The notes: generated from the letters alone by a model not told the origin. A stretch of 64,000 nucleotides of DNA from Candidatus Nanopelagicales bacterium (GCA_017854795.1 JAFMHB010000001.1:3753-67752); one strand, 5' to 3'. Shown: positions 8,491 through 17,590, counted from the stretch's first letter. A program made the numbers and translations.

Positions 8491-9269
8491 TGGGTAGTCG
8501 ATATCGCTTGTTGATCCCAGTAATTATCGTTGCGGTCACACTAGGTATTGCTGGTTGGATTCAGTACTCCGTGTCTAACCAACCAGAGGCTAACGCCCAG
8601 CCCGTATCTGCCGCCCCCGTCACAACCACCCCCGAAGTTCAACCGACACCGGGGACACGGGTCAGCGTGCGTTCAGGGAGCGCGCCAAAAATCTCACGCA
8701 TTCCCGCTGAGCAGTGGCAGGAAATCGTAGCCACAGGCACTTGGAGACCAGGTTGCCCAGTTGGCCGCAAGCAACTCAGGTTGCTTGAAATCGGATATTT
8801 TGATTTCGCAGGCAAAGAGCAACGTGGAAAGATCGTTGGACATCGCGATAGTGTAGAAGATTTAGCAGAGATATTTTCTCAAATGTATCTGGACCGATTC
8901 CCAATTGCGAGAATGGAACCGGTCGAGATGTACGGTGGAGATGTTGCTCGAAGTCTCAAAGCAAATAACACTTCAGCGTTTAATTGCCGTAAACCGGGGC
9001 AAATCAATGCACCAGTTCTCGAATCCCCACATGCCAACGGCAGGGCAATTGATATCAATCCAGTACAAAACCCATGGCGTGATCCTCGGTGTGAGTGTTG
9101 GGTTCCCAAAGCGAAGTATGCAAAAGACAAGCAAGGGCCGGGTGTAATCCGTAAGGGAAGTCCTGTGATTCAACTTTTCAAGGAGAGAGGGTGGGTCTGG
9201 CAGAACATTAAGGTGCCCGATTACATGCACTTTGACACCGGTTACCCTTCTAAGGGACGATCCGGATAG
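8487..9269 (+). CDS. membrane-anchored M15 (VanY-like) D,D-peptidase
   Basis: N-terminal TM 'LLIPVIIVAVTLGIAGW'. Zn motif 'SPHANGRAID' = SxHxxGxAxD. Distal 'DYMHFD'. Confidence 0.7.
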   Translation: MMGSRYRLLIPVIIVAVTLGIAGWIQYSVSNQPEANAQPVSAAPVTTTPEVQPTPGTRVSVRSGSAPKISRIPAEQWQEIVATGTWRPGCPVGRKQLRLLEIGYFDFAGKEQRGKIVGHRDSVEDLAEIFSQMYLDRFPIARMEPVEMYGGDVARSLKANNTSAFNCRKPGQINAPVLESPHANGRAIDINPVQNPWRDPRCECWVPKAKYAKDKQGPGVIRKGSPVIQLFKERGWVWQNIKVPDYMHFDTGYPSKGRSG

Positions 9270-9368
9270 ATTTCTATCGCCCCTACATTTAATGGGTCGC
9301 GTGCAAACACTCAGTGACCGACTGCGACCGCCAGACCCGCTTGTATGGTTTCAATAAGGGAGGCCCTC

Positions 9369-10070
9369 ATGTCATTAGGCCGCGCATTAGTAGTTGATGA
9401 TGAAAAACCCCTTGCCCGAATTGTCGGGAGCTATCTTGAACGCGAAGGTTTTGAAGTTTTCGTAACATACGATGGCGAAAGTGCAATTGAACTCGCAAAA
9501 AATGAACGCCCGCACCTTATAGTTTTGGACATCATGCTTCCTGGCTTGGATGGAATTGAAGTGTGTAAGAAGTTAAGGGAATTCACAGATGCTTACATTC
9601 TGATGCTGACAGCTCGAGACGATCCTGCAGACAAAGTCATCGCACTCTCAACTGGTGCAGATGACTACCTGGTCAAGCCCTTCTCCTCAAAAGAGTTGGT
9701 CGCAAGAGCTCATGCCATGCTTCGTCGGCCTCGCGGCCCTCGTGGGCTGCACGCACCAGCTTGGGAGCGCCTCACAACGGGGGAACTCGTCTTGGATGCT
9801 CACGCCCGTCGCGCCGAACTAGATGGGCGCGTGATTCAAATGACCCGCACCGAATATGACATTCTGGAATTACTTGTTCGAGCCGATGGCGCTGTCGTGA
9901 CTCGCGAAGAAATCATCGCGGCTATTCGCGGAGGCGATTGGTTTGGAGATCCGCAAATGATTGACGCACACGTGGCTCGATTGCGCGGAAAATTACATGA
10001 CCCAGCTCGCGATTCGCGCTTCATATTGACTGTTCGAGGAGTTGGCTACCAATGGGGAGGAGACCATTGA
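9369..10070 (+). CDS. OmpR-family response regulator
   Basis: Start at ATG 9369 behind RBS aagggagg. Receiver 'ALVVDDE..LDIMLPGLDG'. Winged-helix C-terminus 'LTRTEYDILELL...TVRGVGYQW'. Confidence 0.85.
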   Translation: MSLGRALVVDDEKPLARIVGSYLEREGFEVFVTYDGESAIELAKNERPHLIVLDIMLPGLDGIEVCKKLREFTDAYILMLTARDDPADKVIALSTGADDYLVKPFSSKELVARAHAMLRRPRGPRGLHAPAWERLTTGELVLDAHARRAELDGRVIQMTRTEYDILELLVRADGAVVTREEIIAAIRGGDWFGDPQMIDAHVARLRGKLHDPARDSRFILTVRGVGYQWGGDH

Positions 10071-11218
10071 GTCCACGACGGCTTCCTTCCTTGGCTCGAC
10101 GAATGCTAACCACTCAAATGCAGGTTACAACCCTTGCTGGACTCACCTTGTTGGCTTCAGTTCTACTAGTCGCACCTAACCTGTTCGCCGACCATCTGGC
10201 CGCAACGGGAGAAACTGATCCTTTGGTGCAAGCGCATGCCGAGGAGGCCTTTTGGAAGGCTGGAGCAATTGCATTGGGTCTGGCCCTTGTTGTGGCCTTG
10301 TTAGCCTCGGCTTTGCTTTTTCGATTAATTGGACGGCGAATCTCCAAGCCTGTGGAGGAGCTTGCCCACCGCGCAGAAGAGCTCGGAGAAGGCAACTTCG
10401 ACGTCGAGCTCACACGACAACCGTTTAGCGATGAAGTCTCACGATTGAGCATGAATCTTCAGCGAATGGGTGAACAACTGCGTGAAATCGAAATCACAAG
10501 GAGCCGACTCCTGTCAGATCTCGCACATGAAATGCGTACGCCACTCGCCACGCTGGAACTGTATATAGAGAGTTTGCACGTCGAGTTGATACCAAAAGAG
10601 GTGGCACTCGAAACCATAGATTCACAGATTCAACGATTGAGGCGTCTCGCCCAAGATCTGCGGGAGGTTTCACTGGCTGAAGAGCACGCACTTGCTATGG
10701 AATTTAATGTGGAAGATTTAGATGCAATTATCGCAGGTTCCTGCGCTGCATTTGCTCCTCGATTCGCGGCGGCAGGCGTTGAACTAATTCATGAATACTC
10801 CATTGGAACGATCATGATTCGAGCTGACTCCATTCGACTCCAGCAAGTTTTCGGAAATTTGCTCGACAATGCCCACCGCCACACACAGACCGGTGGAAAG
10901 GTCCGGGTAACGACTGAGAGAGCCAGCACCGATGCGGTCGTTCGTATTTCAGATGATGGACAGGGAATATCTCCACAAGAGCTTGATCGAATATTCACTC
11001 GCTTTTACCGAGTCGATCAGTCACGATCTGCTGCTGACGGATCAGGCAGTGGACTCGGTCTAACGATTGCGCGGGCGATAGTTGAAGCACATGGTGGCAG
11101 CCTGATTGCGTCGTCGCGCGGGCTTGGCGAGGGAAGCACACTGGTCATGACGATTCCGACCCAGAAAGTTTCATCTGAGGTCACTGGACCTAACTCGAAA
11201 ACCACCCAGTCGATCTAA
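10052..11218 (+). CDS. HAMP/HisKA/HATPase sensor histidine kinase
   Basis: Two TM segments and a HAMP linker. H-box 'LSDLAHEMRTPLATL'. N/G boxes 'LLDNAHRHT', 'DDGQGI', 'GSGLGLTIA'. Start is uncertain (10052 or 10103). Confidence 0.85.
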   Translation: MGRRPLSPRRLPSLARRMLTTQMQVTTLAGLTLLASVLLVAPNLFADHLAATGETDPLVQAHAEEAFWKAGAIALGLALVVALLASALLFRLIGRRISKPVEELAHRAEELGEGNFDVELTRQPFSDEVSRLSMNLQRMGEQLREIEITRSRLLSDLAHEMRTPLATLELYIESLHVELIPKEVALETIDSQIQRLRRLAQDLREVSLAEEHALAMEFNVEDLDAIIAGSCAAFAPRFAAAGVELIHEYSIGTIMIRADSIRLQQVFGNLLDNAHRHTQTGGKVRVTTERASTDAVVRISDDGQGISPQELDRIFTRFYRVDQSRSAADGSGSGLGLTIARAIVEAHGGSLIASSRGLGEGSTLVMTIPTQKVSSEVTGPNSKTTQSI

Positions 11219-11617
11219 GCGTCACCAAATCCGACTGAATCAAATACTAGATCGGCGCTCCTACGATCCCCGTCACTTTGATTCACCGAGAGTCTTTGGA
11301 CGTTCTCGATGAGTCTGAATCCAATGGATGCACATGAGCTTGTGGCATGACCCCTTCCACTGGGACTGATGTGAAACGGATTTCGGTCGTGCCAGGGCCA
11401 TGGATGCCGTACCGCGGTTCTGGCGCGCTCAGTCATTAGACGTGCTCAGCTAGATGGCTGATATTGCGGGTTAGCGCGCAGTGATTGAGACCGCGAGGCT
11501 GCTGGCAAGGTTTCTCTCCAGCCAAGGTGATCCTGGCTGTGGCATGACCTCTTGTGGTGCGTCCACCTGATTTGAGAGTCCTAGTTCACCCTTTACGGGT
11601 GGGAAGGCTCGGTTGTT

Positions 11618-11887
11618 ATGGCTGGTCGAAAGAATCATTCGCCGGAGGAGATTGTGCGGCTTTTGCAGCGCTTTGATGAGGTTCTGGCCCAAGGTCTCAC
11701 GGTAGAGCTCGCAGACGGGGAAATAGGCATCAGTGCCCCCACGTATCACAATTGGCGGCAACGCTACGACGGGATGAGTATTGATGACGCGAAAAAGCTC
11801 AAGGAGTTACTCGCAAGGAACGCGAAACTCACACGCCTCGTCGCAGACTCCGAGCTAGAAAAAATTGATGCTCAAGGAGATCGCTAA
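11618..11887 (+). CDS. IS3-family transposase OrfA (HTH)
   Basis: 'RKNHSPEEIVRLLQRFDEVLAQGLTVELADGEIGISAPTYHNWRQRY' plus a leucine-zipper-like tail. Paralogue at 14707-14965. Confidence 0.75.
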   Translation: MAGRKNHSPEEIVRLLQRFDEVLAQGLTVELADGEIGISAPTYHNWRQRYDGMSIDDAKKLKELLARNAKLTRLVADSELEKIDAQGDR

Positions 11888-11893
11888 GGGAAA

Positions 11894-12653
11894 ATGCAAT
11901 GCTTGATGAGTCCAATAGCCAAAATGTCGGGCCGTTCTGTTGCTCCAAAAAAATTCGGAACATCAGAACGGTTCACGTGCAACGTTGCTGGGCTACCCAG
12001 ATCAACGAACCGCAGACCGCTTAAGTGTGAAACACCGACCGATCCTGACCGATGGCTGCGCACGCATTTATGTACATGGGCAGGCATCTCGCGAAATGCC
12101 CGTAAGGGTTACCGCAGGGCCCAGTACGAGCCCAATCACGACCGCTGACGCGCCGAATGTGGTGTGGGCGATTGACTTCCCATTCGATTCCATGCGTTGC
12201 GGAACGCTAGTGAAGCTCGCGTCCATGGTTGATGAGCATACCTGTGAGTCAATCCTTGACATGACCAACCGTTGGATAACGAGCGAGAAAGACATCGACA
12301 AGGTAGAGAAAATCATTGCCCATCGCGTAGCACCCCTGGTGCTGCGGTGCGACAACGGGCCCGAATTCACTTCCCACGCCCTCAACGAATTCGCTGCCCG
12401 CCAGCGTGGCATTCACTACATTCCACTAGGTCAACCCTGGTGCAACGAGTACTTGGAATCTTTCAAAAATCGTGTGCGTGACGAGTGCCTGAAATTGAAT
12501 ACCTTCGACCACATTTACGAAGCACGCGCTATCGTTGGCGACTGGAAGGAGGACTACAACTGTTACCACCGGCACTCAATGCTGGGCTACCTAACGCCCA
12601 ACGAGTGTGCTCAGAACTGTAAGTGCATACACAATTCAAAAACTCTCAAATAG
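11894..12653 (+). pseudogene. IS3-family transposase OrfB (integrase core), frameshifted and internally shortened
   Basis: The N-terminal piece 'SERFTCNVAGLPRSTNRR..GYRRA' is in the orfA frame after a TAA. The DDE core 'VWAIDF', 'LRCDNGPEF', 'NEYLESFKNRVRDE' is in another frame (11940-12653). Confidence 0.7.
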
Positions 12654-12730
12654 CGTGGACCTAATAATGGGGTCCTTTCAGCTGGTGCCACTCTATTGCA
12701 TCATGGCATAACTGATGTCACAATCCACCT

Positions 12731-13141
12731 ATGATGAAGAGGTCACCCATGGGATCGAGGCGGTCCACCCGTCTGGGCATCGTGGTGGCAGTCGTCATCG
12801 GAATTATTGGCATGCATCACATAGTGGTCGTCATGTGTTCCACTCCGGCCGACATGGCAAGCATAGATGTTGTAGAGAGTCATGCTCATGCCCCACACGT
12901 CAGTCAAGAAGCACCCGAAGTGTTCCAGGGGACCGCGGCCCAAACTCCCGCGGATTCTGATCTTCATCCAAGCCTGGTTCATTTATGTCTGGTCATTGCC
13001 ATGGGACTGGCACTATTTATGCCGACAATTAAGGCTCGTCACCTACCATGGAATAGGCGTGAGTTGAATATAGGTCGCGGTCAGCTTTTCGACCTGCGAG
13101 CACCACCGCAAAAGGATCTCCTCTGTATTAGTCGAACATAA
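12731..13141 (+). CDS. small His-rich membrane protein (hypothetical)
   Basis: TM 'LGIVVAVVIGIIGMHHIVVV', 'ESHAHAPH', second TM 'LVHLCLVIAMGLALFM'. Sits directly upstream of the DUF305 gene. Confidence 0.4.
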   Translation: MMKRSPMGSRRSTRLGIVVAVVIGIIGMHHIVVVMCSTPADMASIDVVESHAHAPHVSQEAPEVFQGTAAQTPADSDLHPSLVHLCLVIAMGLALFMPTIKARHLPWNRRELNIGRGQLFDLRAPPQKDLLCISRT

Positions 13142-13207
13142 AAGGAACGGTCACCACGTTTCTCGAGGCTTTCATGCCTCACATTCAACTATTTACAGGA
13201 GATTTTT

Positions 13208-14569
13208 ATGTCTATATTTCGTTCAGCAGCACACAAAATTTCAACAAAGTCACTTCTCATTTCAGTGGCGTGCACCATCACGATGCTTACAGCCCTCACT
13301 ATGACCGGATGTTCATCGCAGGACTCAACCGCGAAGACTCCTGCTCAGGTTGCAGGGCAGGTGTCTGAAGAAACATTTTCCGCTTTAGACTTCATGTTTG
13401 TCCAAATGATGATTCCTCACCACGATCAAGCAGTACAAATGGCCAGCCTGGCCACCAGTCGAGCACTCAACCCGCAGATCAAAGATCTCGCAAATCAAAT
13501 TTCTGCCGCTCAAAAATCAGAGATTCAGGTGATGGAATCATGGTTGATGTCAATGGGCGTCACACAAATGCCTGAGCTCGATTCACTAGGCGCCCATGCA
13601 GGGCATATGGACGGCGTGCTTACAGAATCCCAGATGGAGACATTACGTCAGGCAAGTGGTCGAGAATTTGACCAACTCTTCGGAGAATTCATGATTGAAC
13701 ATCATTTGGGCGCAATTTCCATGGCCCAAGATGTTTTGAAACAAGGAACAAGTCAAGGAGACCCCGCAGTCAAAGCTCTCGCGCAGTCAATAATTGGCGA
13801 TCAGGAAAAGGAAATTGTCCTGCTGAAGTCCATGATTAGAGCGAGTGAAAAACCAGCTCGTACCGCAATTTCGCCGGCGCTAAGTCACGTCCACGATGCA
13901 GTCGTCAGCGGCGATTCAATATATATCGGTACCCACAGCGGGATACATCGAGTTGATATCCCAACTGGCAGTTCTGAACTAATCGGCGATTCCAAGGATG
14001 ACTTTATGTCGCTTGCAGGTCAGCCCGAAAAAGTACTGGTTGCCAGCGGCCACCCAGGAGTTGGTTCTTCATTATCAAACCCCATTGGGCTGGTCAAAAG
14101 CGCGAACCAAGGATTGACTTGGGAGAGCATTAGTTTAGAGGGCGACGTTGATTTCCATGCACTAGCGATTAATGAAAATCAAATTGTGGGCTGGGACACT
14201 AGGGGACCCTTGCTTTGGTCACAGGACGGTGGCCAAAGCTGGACAGATGGGCCATCGGTGCAAGCCATGTCAATAGTCTGGTTTCAAGACACAGTCTGGA
14301 TCACAACCCCGGACCAAGGTCTACTCAAATGGAACCCTGGCGACATGACCACTGTTTCAGTTGGCCTGCCTGCAGTTTTGCTTTCCACGTCGCCGAAGGG
14401 CGATGCAATCTGGAGGGTTGACGCAGATGGCAGCGTGCATCGAAGTCTCGACATTCAATCCTGGACACAAGCAGGTTCTTTGAAAGAAATTGAAGCACTT
14501 GCTGCCGAATTCGACCATGCATTCGCGGTCACTCCGCAATCATTTCAACGGCTATCGCTGGACAACTAA
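13208..14569 (+). CDS. lipoprotein: DUF305 (four-helix, His-rich) domain fused to a BNR/Ycf48-like beta-propeller
   Basis: Lipobox 'LTMTGC'. Two DUF305 half-motifs, 'MMIPHHDQAVQMA' and 'FMIEHHLGAISMA'. C-terminal BNR-type motifs 'SANQGLTW' and 'SQDGGQSW'. RBS aggag 7 nt upstream. Confidence 0.75.
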   Translation: MSIFRSAAHKISTKSLLISVACTITMLTALTMTGCSSQDSTAKTPAQVAGQVSEETFSALDFMFVQMMIPHHDQAVQMASLATSRALNPQIKDLANQISAAQKSEIQVMESWLMSMGVTQMPELDSLGAHAGHMDGVLTESQMETLRQASGREFDQLFGEFMIEHHLGAISMAQDVLKQGTSQGDPAVKALAQSIIGDQEKEIVLLKSMIRASEKPARTAISPALSHVHDAVVSGDSIYIGTHSGIHRVDIPTGSSELIGDSKDDFMSLAGQPEKVLVASGHPGVGSSLSNPIGLVKSANQGLTWESISLEGDVDFHALAINENQIVGWDTRGPLLWSQDGGQSWTDGPSVQAMSIVWFQDTVWITTPDQGLLKWNPGDMTTVSVGLPAVLLSTSPKGDAIWRVDADGSVHRSLDIQSWTQAGSLKEIEALAAEFDHAFAVTPQSFQRLSLDN

Positions 14570-14649
14570 ACTCGAGTTACCTTCAAACATAAGAGCCGTC
14601 GTCATAAGAGCCGCTGTGCATTATCTGGATGGCATCACCCCTTACGGTA

Positions 14650-14965
14650 GTTCCCCATAATTTGAGAGCCTGAGTTCGCCTTGTGTGGTGGGAAGACTCG
14701 GTTGTTATGGCAAGTAGGAAAAATCATTCTCCTGAGGACATTGTCCGGTTGTTGCAGCGTCATAATGAATTGCTGGGAAAAGAACTTACCGTCGAGTTGG
14801 TGTGCCGTGAGGTGGGTATTTCAAGTCCAACGTATTGCACGTGGCGGCAGCGTTATGTCGGAATGAGTGGTGATGACGGGCAAGGAACTCAAAGAGCTAC
14901 GTGCCCAGAAAACAAAGTTGAAACGGCTCGTTGTGTTAACGCTCATCCAAAATTAGGCCATTTTT
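14650..14965 (+). mobile_element. truncated IS3-family remnant (left end plus frameshifted orfA only)
   Basis: The left end ttccccataatttgagagcc and the 5'UTR are homologous to 11561-11617. OrfA 'MASRKNHSPEDIVRLLQRHNELLGKELTVEL..PTYCTWRQRY' then loses frame. No orfB or right IR. Confidence 0.7.
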
Positions 14966-15156
14966 GATCAGGTGGTTTCAAGCGGTCGTCGCAACTTTGC
15001 TAGATCGTCAACAGTTGAGAGAAACGCCTCGAAATTCATTAGTGACAGGACATGGAATTTAGTTCTCGATTCAAATGACGCGATTGGCGACGTTTAAAGG
15101 CCAAAACTCTTGTCGACTGCGTGTTTTGGCTAGTTTTCACCGCAGATTGATAACCG

Positions 15157-15308
15157 AGTTTTCATTATCGCCCGAATAATTTTCATTTTGGAATGTTGAT
15201 GGGGGAGAAACCGCACTGGATTTCCCTCACAAAAAGGGGTTATGCACAAGCCCCCGGGGCCTGGGGGTGTGTGAAGAACTTAGTGCATAACCTTGTGCAT
15301 CTCCAAAG
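15157..15308. repeat. att-like direct repeat, copy 2 (~140-bp arm plus 38-nt core)
   Basis: Core 15255-15292 matches 2663-2700 at 35/38. The ~100 nt to its left is homologous to 20614-20710. IR ggttatgcac (15238-15247) / gtgcataacc (15283-15292). Confidence 0.8.
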
Positions 15309-15805
15309 TTGAGTTGCGCTGGGTGGCCTGATCCCTTTCCGAAACGCAAATATGCCTTCTGTGACAGCGTGGCCTGTTCGGAATCGACAGCAATTACGTT
15401 TACGTCCAGTGCATGAAGGAATGCGTCGAACGCGCCTGGTCGACGCGAATCCGGGCGACCATCTGCTCGTCGTCACCCATTCACCCACGGCTGCGATCGC
15501 TCAGGCGACCTTCAAGGGTGAGCGCGGCCATCCGGTGCGCATCTCGCGTGAGCTGTGGGACGAGGCCATCGATGTCGCACGCGGTGATGAGGGAGTAACG
15601 CGGCTGATTCGTGGACGAGACGACGTCGCCGGGGGCGACGACATTGACGTGCTCTGACGTCACCCGCGCTCAATGATCGCAAGGAGATCAACTACCTGAC
15701 GCGCTCTCCAGTGAGCGCTCCGCGGATTGTCGGCCACTCGCTGTCATGGAGCAACGGGAGGCCGCTGAGGATGACCCTTGATCGGTCAGCAGGCAGCTCT
15801 ATTGG

Positions 15806-17590
15806 TCACCTCCGGGGTGCGACCTTCACCTTGATGTAGGACACCTCGCCAGTCGTCGGATCAGTGATCGTGAACGTGTACGTCCCCTTGCGAGTGAGCG
15901 TCATGACCGGCAGCTGCGCCAGCCCGTCAGCATCAGCCACCGTCGCCCCCACGGACACATACCCATCAGACGTCTTTACCTGCACCGAGTAGACAACTCC
16001 CGACGTCAGACCCGAGGCGGCCAGCGACACCGGGGTGCCGACCGTGGCCGGCACCTTCGGTGCACGCCCGATCCTTGGCCCAGGAGCCTTGTTCATCTTT
16101 CGTGTCGGAGTCGCGGCGGCCACCTTCTCTCCCACCAGCACCACACCCGGCGTCACAACCTTGGGCGTCACCGGATTGTTCGGCACCCCCACGACCACCG
16201 GAACCTCAGACGAATCAGCACTGTCCATTGCATCCGTTCCTGCATCATCGGCCGTCGTCTGCGCCACGACAGGTGTCACCGCCGGTGTCGTCTCACCACT
16301 GCTATTCGAGTCCGGCGTCGGAGTGGGCGCCGGAGTGGGCGCCGGAGCAGGAGTGGGCCATGCGTACACGCGTACAACTCCGTTATAGGTGTACGCACCA
16401 CTTGTCGCATAAGGGATACCCATCGCCACGGTCTCCCCGTCAGCAGACAATGCAACCGACCATCCGGCATAATCACCCTTCGCACGAGTCAGATCAGTCC
16501 CCACCTGCGTCCACGAACTGGCCACGAGCTCAAAGACCTGCACCTGCCCGGCATATGCATTGACCCCGATCGCGCCGATCGCAAGTGTTGTCCCGTTGGC
16601 AGACATTGCGATCGAATAGCCGAAGGCAGCACCCGTTGCGCCATCGATGTTGGCACCCAGTTGTGTCCACGAGCCCGACACCAGTTGAAAGACCTGCACC
16701 TGCCCGGCATATGCATTGACCCCGTCAGCGCCCACCGCCACGATCGTTCCATCCTTAGACAGCGCCACGGACCGGCCGAAACTGCCGTTTGCAGCAGCAG
16801 TTATGTCAGTGCCCACCTGCGTCCACGAACTGGCCACGAGCTCAAAGATCTGAACGCGGTTGAGGTTTACACCACTTGATGGAACTCCCACAGCCATGAC
16901 CGTCCCGTCGGAGGACAACGCCACTGAGGTACCTAGAAAGTCATCGGTCTTGGCGCCATCGATGTTGGCACCCACCGGCGTCCACGAACTGCCCACCAGC
17001 TTAAAGGCCCGAACTTGCCCCACCCTCGTATCGGGCGAGCGGTCCTTATTTGGAGCGCCGACGGCAAGCGTCGTCCCGTCCGCAGACAACGCCAACGAGG
17101 CGCCGAACTGATCCTTGTCGGCCAGGCCGGTGATATCCGCTCCTAGTTGCGTCCACTTATCCGACCCAAACTGGAACACCCGGACCAGTCCAGGCTTAAG
17201 CTGTCCGGACTGTGATGCGCCCACAGCCATGATCGTCCCGTCGGCAGACAACGCCACTGAAGAGCCGAACTTGTCTTTGGTGGCTGTGCCATTGATGGGG
17301 TCGCCCAATTGCGTCCAAGCCCCGGACACGTAGCCATAGGCACGGACCTGACCAGCGCCCCCTCCGGCGGCTATTGCGCCCACAGCCATGATCGTCCCGT
17401 CGGCAGACAACGCCACCTTGTCTCCGAACTCGTCGTAGTCGCCCCCACCGGCCACTTCAGAGGCCAATTGAGTCCAGTCATCCACCGACGCCGCGTGCAC
17501 AGGGCCATTGACAGCCCCGGCACCAAACGCGACCACCATGGCCGCACAAACACCGATTGTGATCGTCTTTGCCCTGCGTAAGAAATCCAT
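15806..17590 (-). CDS. secreted FG-GAP-like 7-bladed beta-propeller protein with Pro/Thr linker and C-terminal Ig-like domain
   Basis: Signal peptide 'AAMVVAFGAGAVNGPVHAAS'. Seven repeats of 'FGxSVALSADGT(I/T)xAVGA'. Linker 'PTPAPAPTPAPTPTPD'. Confidence 0.75.
   Translation of the reverse strand: MDFLRRAKTITIGVCAAMVVAFGAGAVNGPVHAASVDDWTQLASEVAGGGDYDEFGDKVALSADGTIMAVGAIAAGGGAGQVRAYGYVSGAWTQLGDPINGTATKDKFGSSVALSADGTIMAVGASQSGQLKPGLVRVFQFGSDKWTQLGADITGLADKDQFGASLALSADGTTLAVGAPNKDRSPDTRVGQVRAFKLVGSSWTPVGANIDGAKTDDFLGTSVALSSDGTVMAVGVPSSGVNLNRVQIFELVASSWTQVGTDITAAANGSFGRSVALSKDGTIVAVGADGVNAYAGQVQVFQLVSGSWTQLGANIDGATGAAFGYSIAMSANGTTLAIGAIGVNAYAGQVQVFELVASSWTQVGTDLTRAKGDYAGWSVALSADGETVAMGIPYATSGAYTYNGVVRVYAWPTPAPAPTPAPTPTPDSNSSGETTPAVTPVVAQTTADDAGTDAMDSADSSEVPVVVGVPNNPVTPKVVTPGVVLVGEKVAAATPTRKMNKAPGPRIGRAPKVPATVGTPVSLAASGLTSGVVYSVQVKTSDGYVSVGATVADADGLAQLPVMTLTRKGTYTFTITDPTTGEVSYIKVKVAPRR

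Larger units (their letters stand above)
11561..12660 (+). mobile_element. decayed IS3-family insertion sequence (~1.1 kb)
   Basis: Terminal IRs gtccacctgatttgagagt (11561-11579) and actctcaaatagcgtggac (12642-12660), 16/19 complementary. They enclose an IS3-type orfA and a disrupted rve-domain orfB. Confidence 0.75.

Noticed and set aside
11215-11761. Minus-strand ORFs 11215-11436 and 11471-11761 between the kinase gene and the IS3 element.
   Set aside because: They have no motifs. The second runs antisense through the IS3 left end and orfA. The stretch is probably non-coding DNA or remnants disrupted by the IS insertion.
11947-11953. An A7 run that could be the IS3 programmed -1 frameshift site.
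   Set aside because: It lies downstream of the orfA stop. The DDE core is in the +1 (not -1) frame relative to orfA, so the reading-frame relationships are better explained by decay (nonsense plus indels) than by programmed frameshifting.
15352-15657. A 101-aa ORF just inside island 2. Its C-terminal 40 aa ('VRISRELWDEAIDVARGDEGVTRLIRG', with a possible GTG start at 15535) look loosely like a ribbon-helix-helix antitoxin or regulator.
   Set aside because: There is no partner toxin gene and no clear RBS. The region is GC-rich and prone to spurious ORFs, and the similarity is only pattern-level. It is left uncalled.
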